Source of the DNA: an uncultured Rhodospirillales bacterium
GTDB lineage: Bacteria > Pseudomonadota > Alphaproteobacteria > CAZRBL01
Length of the DNA stretch: 64,000 bases
Assembly: GCA_964598335.1 (NCBI GenBank)
Contig: CAZRBL010000006.1
Span: 937 to 64,936, forward strand
Direction: 5' to 3'
The notes below the pieces were generated by a model that saw only the letters and a list, made by a program, of their open reading frames with translations, was not told the origin of the DNA and did not search any database. Shown piece after piece: positions 57,418-64,000 of this stretch (position 1 is the stretch's first letter; every line of letters starts with the position of its first letter). The position numbers were made by a program, and so were the translations under genes.

Positions 57418-58568
57418 CGCGGCATCGTGACGGTAACCACGACCTGGGCCGCGATGCCTTCACGCCGACCGGTAAAGCCGAGCTGTTCCGTGGTCGTCGC
57501 CTTGATGTTCACGCGGTCCTCAGTGATGCCGAGCAGATCGGCGACGCGGCTTTTCATTGCCGGTTTATGCGGGCCGATTTTCGGCCGTTCACATATCAGG
57601 GTGATATCGGCATTGACCAGGACGGCATCGCGGGCGGACAGCAGACCGACGGCATGGGTTACAAAGGCAGCGCTGTCCGCACCTTTCCATTGCGGATCGG
57701 TAGGCGGAAAATGATCGCCGATATCACCACCGCCAATGGTCCCGAGCATCGCATCGACCAAAGCATGCAGGCCGACATCGGCATCGGAATGACCGGCAAG
57801 GCCCTTGTCATGCGGCACCGCCACGCCGCACAACATGACATGGTCACCGGGGCCAAAGGCGTGCACGTCAAAGCCTGTACCGGTGCGCGTTTCGCCGGCC
57901 AACAGCGCTTCAGCCATCGCCAGATCCTCCTGTGTTGTAATCTTTAGATTACGCGCCGCGCCGTCAACGAGTTGCACCGGCATGCCGGCGGCTTCGGCGA
58001 GCGCCACATCATCGGTAAAATTCTTATCGGTGAAGGCGCGATGGGCGCGCAGGATCGCCGTCAAGGGAAAGCCCTGCGGGGTCTGCATCCTCCACAGACC
58101 GTCCCGTTCAACCAGCCCTGCAGCATAGCCGTCTTCATCGCCGCGCCGCAGCGTGTCACCGACGGGCAAAGCGGCAGCGGCGCCCTGGTTATCTGAGAGT
58201 GCGGCAAGTACGCGGGCGATCACGGCCCGCCCCGGGAATGGACGCGCGCCGTCGTGGATAAGCACGTAATCGGGCGGGGCGTCCGAGGCGGCCAGCGCCT
58301 CAAGACCCAAATGCACGCTTTTCTGTCGGCTATTGCCGCCCGGTACCGGCAGCGGCAGATCCAGACCGGCTGTCGCCTCCCGATAGTGATCGGAAAACGC
58401 CGGATTGATGACGAGCTGAATCGAAAGATCGGCCGGATGGTCGATGAAGGCCTGAACGGTCCGGCGCAACACCGCCATGCCGCCGAGCCGGTGATACTGC
58501 TTGGGCAGGGCGGCGCCGAAACGGCTGCCCTGACCGGCGGCAACAATGAGCGCAGCACAACGCCGCAT
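57414..58568 (-). CDS. ispDF: Bifunctional MEP cytidylyltransferase / MEcPP synthase
   Basis: [14 protein letters not shown] (IspD) and C-terminal GFDVHAF...HSDADV (IspF); ATG at 58568, track ORF extended to 58682. Confidence 0.88.
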   Translation of the reverse strand: MRRCAALIVAAGQGSRFGAALPKQYHRLGGMAVLRRTVQAFIDHPADLSIQLVINPAFSDHYREATAGLDLPLPVPGGNSRQKSVHLGLEALAASDAPPDYVLIHDGARPFPGRAVIARVLAALSDNQGAAAALPVGDTLRRGDEDGYAAGLVERDGLWRMQTPQGFPLTAILRAHRAFTDKNFTDDVALAEAAGMPVQLVDGAARNLKITTQEDLAMAEALLAGETRTGTGFDVHAFGPGDHVMLCGVAVPHDKGLAGHSDADVGLHALVDAMLGTIGGGDIGDHFPPTDPQWKGADSAAFVTHAVGLLSARDAVLVNADITLICERPKIGPHKPAMKSRVADLLGITEDRVNIKATTTEQLGFTGRREGIAAQVVVTVTMPR

Positions 58569-58718
58569 CGATGTCTCCAGTTTGTGGTATCGCTTCGAAA
58601 GCGCTGGGGTGGCGATAATTGCGACGAAATGCAAGCGGCCCAAGACCGCGCGATGCTTGACGTTTGCGCAAGGATTGCTCATCCATTAGGCAGTCTCAGC
58701 TCGCTATCGGCTCTCTTC

Positions 58719-59837
58719 ATGACATCTGCTCCGCAATTCTCCGTCGCTGCAGAACGGCTGGCTGATTTGCAGGCAAATCTTGCGCCCGGAACGGATCTGG
58801 GGCGCGACCTGGCGGCAATCTTCATTGCTTTGCCGCAGCCATTGCTGGTCGTCGACGCCGCCGACCGGTTGCGTTTGATCAACCCGGCTGCGGAAGAATT
58901 CTTGCGTCACAGCAAACGCGCCATGGAGGGCGTCGATCTGGCCCGCGCTCTGCCCGAAGCCGGCGGATTGATTGACGCTGTCGCTCAGGCGCGCAGCGCC
59001 GATGGCGCTGTGACTGTGCATGACGCCGCACTTGCCGGGCCCGGCCTGCCGTCCGGCGGCATCACCGTTCGCGCCTGCCCGGTCGCGATTGAAGCAGGCG
59101 CGGTGCTGATCGAAATTCAGCGACAGCGCGATGTCGCCGATGAGGCGCTAGACCAGACCGCCGAGGGCCTGAAAGCGGCATCGATTGCAAGCGTTCTGGG
59201 ACATGAGATACGCAACCCGTTGCTAGGCATTCGCGGTGCGACCCAATTGCTCGACGGTGCTCTGGCCGACAAGGACCGCCATTTGCTGCAGCTTATCCGC
59301 GATGAAGCCGACCGCATCGCCGCCCTGATCGCCGATATTGAAAAGCTGACCGGCGGCGAGGCCGTTTCCACCGAGGCGCTGAACATCCATGAGGCCGTGC
59401 TGCATGCGAAAGCGATCGCCGAAGCCGGTGTCGCCGCCCATGTCCGCATCGTTACCCGTTTCGATCCGTCCTTGCCCCCAGCGGCGGCCGACCGCAGCAG
59501 CCTGATCCAGGCGATCCTCAACCTGATCACCAATGCCGCCGAAGCGCTGCCGCAGAACGGGGGCGAAATCACGCTGCGAACCGCCTGGCGACAGAGCCTG
59601 CAAAGCCGACACCCGCAGCCGCTCCTTATTTCGGTCAGCGATAACGGCCCCGGTATTCCGGCGGCGATCAGACATACGGTATTCGAGCCATTCGTCTCCA
59701 CCAAGGCCGGCGGGCGCGGCCTCGGCCTTGCCATGGTCGCGAGGATCGTCGCCGCGCATGGCGGCACTGTCGCCCTCGATCCGCTTGATCGCGGCACACG
59801 TTTTACCATCGGACTGCCGTTATGGAGTGAGGCATGA
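58719..59837 (+). CDS. ntrB: Nitrogen regulation sensor histidine kinase NtrB
   Basis: PAS N-terminus, H-box LGHEIRNPLLGIRGATQLL, N/G1/G2 boxes intact; track start 58254 is an extension. Confidence 0.85.
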   Translation: MTSAPQFSVAAERLADLQANLAPGTDLGRDLAAIFIALPQPLLVVDAADRLRLINPAAEEFLRHSKRAMEGVDLARALPEAGGLIDAVAQARSADGAVTVHDAALAGPGLPSGGITVRACPVAIEAGAVLIEIQRQRDVADEALDQTAEGLKAASIASVLGHEIRNPLLGIRGATQLLDGALADKDRHLLQLIRDEADRIAALIADIEKLTGGEAVSTEALNIHEAVLHAKAIAEAGVAAHVRIVTRFDPSLPPAAADRSSLIQAILNLITNAAEALPQNGGEITLRTAWRQSLQSRHPQPLLISVSDNGPGIPAAIRHTVFEPFVSTKAGGRGLGLAMVARIVAAHGGTVALDPLDRGTRFTIGLPLWSEA

Positions 59838-61222
59838 GCGGGCAGGAAACGGTTCTGATCGCCGATGACGACAAGAGCATCCGGACAGTGCTTGCCGAAG
59901 CGCTGGCGCGATACGGCTATCGGACACGCACGACCGGCAACGCCTCGACGCTTTGGCACTGGTTGTCTGACGGCCATGGTGATGTGGTGGTCGGCGATGT
60001 TCTGTTGCCCGATGAGAGCCTGCTGAAATTGCTGCCGCGCATGCGGCGCCTGAGGCCGGAGTTGAATTTTATCCTGATGAGCGCGCAAAGCCCGCATACA
60101 GCGATCGCCGAGGCGCAGGAAAAGGGTGCCTTCGACTTCCTGCCCAAGCCCTTCGATCTCGAAAAGCTGGCAGTGACCGTTGACGCGGCCCTGAAAGCAC
60201 CGCCGGCTGCGCCGAAAACCAGGCCGACAAGACCGGCGGCTCTCGCCGGCACGTCCGCCGCCATCGATGCCGTTCGCGGCGCTGTGGCCAGGCTGTGCCG
60301 GCTCGATCTGCCTTGCCTGATCGACGGCGCCGTCGGCAGTGGACGCCTCACCGCGGCCAAAACCATGCATGAACAGGGCAACCGCGCAGGCGGACCCTTC
60401 ATCGTTATCGAGTGCGAGAGCGTCGATGCTGCGTTATTTCTCGACCAGATCGCCCGCGCTGACGGCGGCACCCTCATTCTGCAGTCGATTGAGACATTGA
60501 GCAGCAGTGCTCAGGAATCCCTGAGCCGCGCCATACAGGACAGCCAGACAACCGATGTCCGTTATATCGCGACCGCCACGCCGGATTTGGGGGACCGGGC
60601 GCGCCAGGGCCTCTTCCGGCAGGACTTGCGACACCGGCTGAGTGCCAGCGTGATGTCGATGCCGCCACTTGCCGAAAGAAGCGGCGATTTACAGGCAATT
60701 GTCGAGGCTCTCGCCGCAGACGCGGAAAAGGACGGCCTGCCGGCGATCAGCTTGGATCAGGGCGCGCTCGATGAATTGTCCGCCCGTCTTCCCTGGGACC
60801 AATTGCGCGGCCTTGACCGGCTGGTGCGCCGGCTCGCGACCCTGTCCGAGCGCCCCGCCGTCGACGCATCAGTGATGCGCCGTGCTCTGGCCGCCGAAAG
60901 CGGTACCCAGGAACAGGCGCCCGCCGCCAACGGCCATGGTGACCTTCGGCGGTCCGAGGAGCAGGCACCCCAGGGCTTGGCAGATATCGTCGAACGGCAT
61001 TTGACGGATTATTTCGCCGCTCATGGCGAGGATTTGCCGCCGCCCCAGCTTTATAGCCGGATCATTCAGGAGGTTGAGCGGCCTTTGATGACCCTGACGC
61101 TCGAGGCGACACGCGGCAATCAGTTACGCGCCGCCGAGGTTCTGGGGCTCAATCGCAATACCCTGCGCAAAAAGATTCGCGATCTTGATATTCAGGTTTC
61201 ACGCCGTCGCAAAGGTGGTTGA
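59834..61222 (+). CDS. ntrC: NtrC-family response regulator with degenerate sigma-54 activation (AAA+) domain
   Basis: Receiver (DDD, D55, K105) and C-terminal Fis-type HTH (RGNQLRAAEVLGLNRNTLRKKIRDL) are intact; the central domain lacks GAFTGA, has Walker A GAVGSGRL and Walker B GGTLILQSIE. Confidence 0.8.
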   Translation: MSGQETVLIADDDKSIRTVLAEALARYGYRTRTTGNASTLWHWLSDGHGDVVVGDVLLPDESLLKLLPRMRRLRPELNFILMSAQSPHTAIAEAQEKGAFDFLPKPFDLEKLAVTVDAALKAPPAAPKTRPTRPAALAGTSAAIDAVRGAVARLCRLDLPCLIDGAVGSGRLTAAKTMHEQGNRAGGPFIVIECESVDAALFLDQIARADGGTLILQSIETLSSSAQESLSRAIQDSQTTDVRYIATATPDLGDRARQGLFRQDLRHRLSASVMSMPPLAERSGDLQAIVEALAADAEKDGLPAISLDQGALDELSARLPWDQLRGLDRLVRRLATLSERPAVDASVMRRALAAESGTQEQAPAANGHGDLRRSEEQAPQGLADIVERHLTDYFAAHGEDLPPPQLYSRIIQEVERPLMTLTLEATRGNQLRAAEVLGLNRNTLRKKIRDLDIQVSRRRKGG

Positions 61223-61310
61223 GACCGGGACGCGAAGAGCATTTGCCAAACTGTTGTAAAGTAGTCACAGTGAGGCATAACTGACGCGTTCAGCGAGTCT
61301 CGCACTGCCC

Positions 61311-63593
61311 ATGGCTGTCGACGCCGCCACACAGCTACCCGAAGAAGCGCCGCCGCCACGGCGCAATTTGACCCGGCGGTTTTCCGTCTGGGCCGAGCGC
61401 TCGGGCGCGCTCAACTGGCTGGTGCTGGTGCTGGCGGCCGCGGCTCTGATTTCCGGCGGCGCCACCTATTACGTGCTCACGGGCAGCTCCGCTTTCGGCT
61501 CCGACCCGGATGTCGTTTACTGGCTGCTGGTTCTCGACCTTGCCATTCTGCTGCTTTTGGTGGCCCTGGTTGCACGCCGTGTCGTGTCGCTTTGGCTCCA
61601 GGCGCGGCGGCAGCAGGCCGGTGCCCGGCTGCACGGCCAGATCGTCCTGGTTTTCGGGATTCTTGCCAGCCTGCCGGCGATTCTGATGACCGTTTTTGCC
61701 GGCCTTTTCCTGTCGGTCGGCCTGCAATCCTGGTTCAACGACAAGGTCGCCACCGCGATTAATGAATCGGTTGCTGTCGCACGTGGCTATCTCGACGAAC
61801 ACAGCCAGACCATTCGCGCCGATCTGCTGGCCATGGCCAATGACATCAACCGCGAGCGGCCGCGCCTGATCGGCAATCCGGTCGGTCTTGACCGGCTGAT
61901 GCGGACTCAGACGCTGTTCCGTAACCTCAATGAGGCGGTCATCTTCGACGGCCGCGGCGCGGTCATCGCTCAGGCCGGCCTAAGCTTCCAATTCGACATT
62001 CAACCGCCATCCGAGCAGGATTTCGCGCGTGCATCGGTTGGCGCTGTCGTGCTGGATACCGAAGAGGGAGAGGACCGGGTGCGAGCGATGATCAAGCTCG
62101 ACCGCTTTCTAGACAGTTATCTGATGATCGGTCGCAGCGTCGATCCCCTGGTGCTGGGTCACGTTGAGAGCACCGAGGAGGCGGCGGCGCGTTATGAACA
62201 GCTGCGCGGCCGCAGCGGCGATTTGCAGGTCGCCGCAACCCTGATCTTCATGCTGGTCGGTCTATTGTTGGTTCTCGCTGCGGTATGGGCCGGCCTTGGT
62301 TTTGCCGAGCGGCTGGTCAGACCGATCCGCTCTCTCATCGTTGCCGCTGAAAAAGTGCGCAGCGGCGATCTGTCAGCGCGCGCCCTGGGCACCGCCAGCC
62401 GAGACGAGCTCGGCAATCTGTCGCGCGCCTTTAACCGCATGACGCGGCAATTGGCCGAGCAGCGTGACAAGCTGGTCGGCGCCAATGTCGAGCTCAATCA
62501 GCGACGGCAGTTTATCGAAACCGTTCTCTCCGGTGTTTCAGCCGGCGTTATCGGTCTCGATGCCAAGGGGCAGGTGACGGTTGCCAACCCGTCGGCGCCG
62601 CAAATGCTGGGTCTTGAGGAAACCGAGATCATCGGCACCGATCTCCGTAAAATTGTCCCCGAACTCACCGAGCTTCTTGCCGCCTCGGACAGACGCCCGG
62701 AAGAAGTGCAGGAAGCTCAGATCGCCATTGCCGTGCCGGGCATCGGCCAGCGGATTTACCTGTTGCGGATCGCCAATGACCGGCGTTTCGGTCAGGCGCC
62801 GGGCTATGTTGTCACCTTCGATGATATCTCGGAGCTGCTTTCGGCACAGCGCAAGGCAGCCTGGGCCGATGTTGCGCGCCGCATTGCGCATGAAATGAAG
62901 AATCCGCTGACTCCGATCCAGCTCGCCGCAGAGCGACTGCAGCGGCGCTATCAGCCGCAGATCAACAAAGATCCGGACACATTTATCGCCTGTACGGACA
63001 CGATTATCCGCCAGGTCGGCGATATCGGCCGGATGGTCGATGAATTTTCCGCCTTTGCGCGGATGCCTCAGGCAGTGCTGAAGCCTGAAAGTCTCGACTC
63101 CATCTGCCGCGAAGCGGTCGTTCTGCAGCGCGAGGCCAACAGGGATATCGCCTACGCGATGCATCTTCCGGAACAGCCTGTTCTCGCCCGCTGCGACCGT
63201 CGTCAGATTGGCCAAGCCTTGACCAATCTTCTGCAAAATGCCGCCGATGCCATCGCCGCCCGCCCTGAGCGTTTTGCCTGGGATCCGCCGTGCATAGACT
63301 TGCATCTGTTCGAGACCGATGACGGCATTACCGTTCTGGTTGCCGATAACGGCCGCGGGCTGCCGCAATCGGGCCGCACCGAGTTGACCGAACCCTATGT
63401 CACAACCCGGGCCAAGGGCACCGGGCTGGGCCTCGCCATCGTCAAGAAAATCATGGAAGACCATGACGGTAAGCTGCAATTGGCTGACCGCATGGTTGAT
63501 CTTGAAGGGCAGGGATGGGGCGCGCTGGTGTCCCTGCATCTGCCGCGGAGCCTGTCCGCCGACTCGTTAACCGCCATGCCGGATGTAGCCTAA
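61311..63593 (+). CDS. ntrY: Sensor histidine kinase NtrY
   Basis: Multi-TM N-terminus, HAMP, PAS, H-box IAHEMKNPLTPIQLAAERL, HATPase. Confidence 0.85.
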   Translation: MAVDAATQLPEEAPPPRRNLTRRFSVWAERSGALNWLVLVLAAAALISGGATYYVLTGSSAFGSDPDVVYWLLVLDLAILLLLVALVARRVVSLWLQARRQQAGARLHGQIVLVFGILASLPAILMTVFAGLFLSVGLQSWFNDKVATAINESVAVARGYLDEHSQTIRADLLAMANDINRERPRLIGNPVGLDRLMRTQTLFRNLNEAVIFDGRGAVIAQAGLSFQFDIQPPSEQDFARASVGAVVLDTEEGEDRVRAMIKLDRFLDSYLMIGRSVDPLVLGHVESTEEAAARYEQLRGRSGDLQVAATLIFMLVGLLLVLAAVWAGLGFAERLVRPIRSLIVAAEKVRSGDLSARALGTASRDELGNLSRAFNRMTRQLAEQRDKLVGANVELNQRRQFIETVLSGVSAGVIGLDAKGQVTVANPSAPQMLGLEETEIIGTDLRKIVPELTELLAASDRRPEEVQEAQIAIAVPGIGQRIYLLRIANDRRFGQAPGYVVTFDDISELLSAQRKAAWADVARRIAHEMKNPLTPIQLAAERLQRRYQPQINKDPDTFIACTDTIIRQVGDIGRMVDEFSAFARMPQAVLKPESLDSICREAVVLQREANRDIAYAMHLPEQPVLARCDRRQIGQALTNLLQNAADAIAARPERFAWDPPCIDLHLFETDDGITVLVADNGRGLPQSGRTELTEPYVTTRAKGTGLGLAIVKKIMEDHDGKLQLADRMVDLEGQGWGALVSLHLPRSLSADSLTAMPDVA

Positions 63594-64000
63594 TGTCTTC
63601 TGAAACCGCCCCGGACATCCTGATCGTCGATGATGAGAGCGATATCCGCCTGCTGATCGCCGGCATACTCTCCGATGAAGGTTTTGAAACCCGCCACGCG
63701 GCAGACAGCCAGTCGGCGATGGAGGCGCTGAAGGGACGGCGCCCGAGCCTGGTGATACTCGATGTCTGGCTCGAAAACAGTGCCATGGACGGGCTCGAAC
63801 TGCTCAGCGAGATCAAGCAGAGCTGGCCCGGCGTGCCGGTCGTGATGATCAGCGGGCACGGCACGATCGAAACCGCCGTCGCTGCACTCAAGCGCGGCGC
63901 CTATGATTTCATCGAAAAGCCGTTCAAATCGGATCGTTTGATCCTGACCCTGAAACGCGCTTTGGAAGCGGCCAAGCTCGAGCGCGAGAATGCGGAGTTG
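63593..64000 (+). CDS. ntrX: Response regulator NtrX, 3'-truncated at window edge
   Basis: Own translation: MSSETAPDILIVDDESDIRLLIAGILSDEGFETRH...LDVWLENSAMDGLELL...GAYDFIEKPF; TAATG overlap with ntrY. Confidence 0.85.
   Translation, partial: MSSETAPDILIVDDESDIRLLIAGILSDEGFETRHAADSQSAMEALKGRRPSLVILDVWLENSAMDGLELLSEIKQSWPGVPVVMISGHGTIETAVAALKRGAYDFIEKPFKSDRLILTLKRALEAAKLERENAEL

Overview
High-GC (~62%) alphaproteobacterial chromosomal core segment; the gene order matches Hyphomicrobiales/Rhizobiales-type synteny. The plus strand carries nuoL(partial)-nuoM-nuoN, birA-coaX, RNase J, a nonsense-interrupted tag, proS, lolE-lolD, dnaE, rpsB-tsf-pyrH-frr-uppS-cdsA-dxr-rseP-bamA-skp-lpxD-fabZ-lpxA-lpxI-lpxB, tpiA-secG-pyrG, eno, ftsB-like, pdhA-pdhB-pdhC, two GST genes, lpdA, lipA, an SRPBCC gene, and ntrB-ntrC-ntrY-ntrX(partial). 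The minus strand carries gltA, gltX, lexA, moeA-moaC-trpC-trpD-trpG, a ppiD-like gene, a cinA-domain gene and ispDF. Almost everything is conserved housekeeping, with many 1-4 nt start/stop overlaps. No rRNA, tRNA, CRISPR or IS element was seen. Most worth a second look: (1) the NtrC orthologue keeps its receiver and HTH domains but its sigma-54 AAA+ core has lost Walker A Lys, Walker B DE and the GAFTGA loop, and no dusB/nifR3 precedes ntrB; (2) a two-gene convergent cassette (88-aa unknown plus a 220-aa DUF1353-like protein with a Pro-rich tail) sits between pyrG and eno where relatives usually have kdsA; (3) tag carries a single in-frame TGA but is otherwise intact; (4) a clustered GTTC/GAAC SOS operator lies upstream of lexA. 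All calls rest on reading conserved motifs in the translations; no database search was possible.
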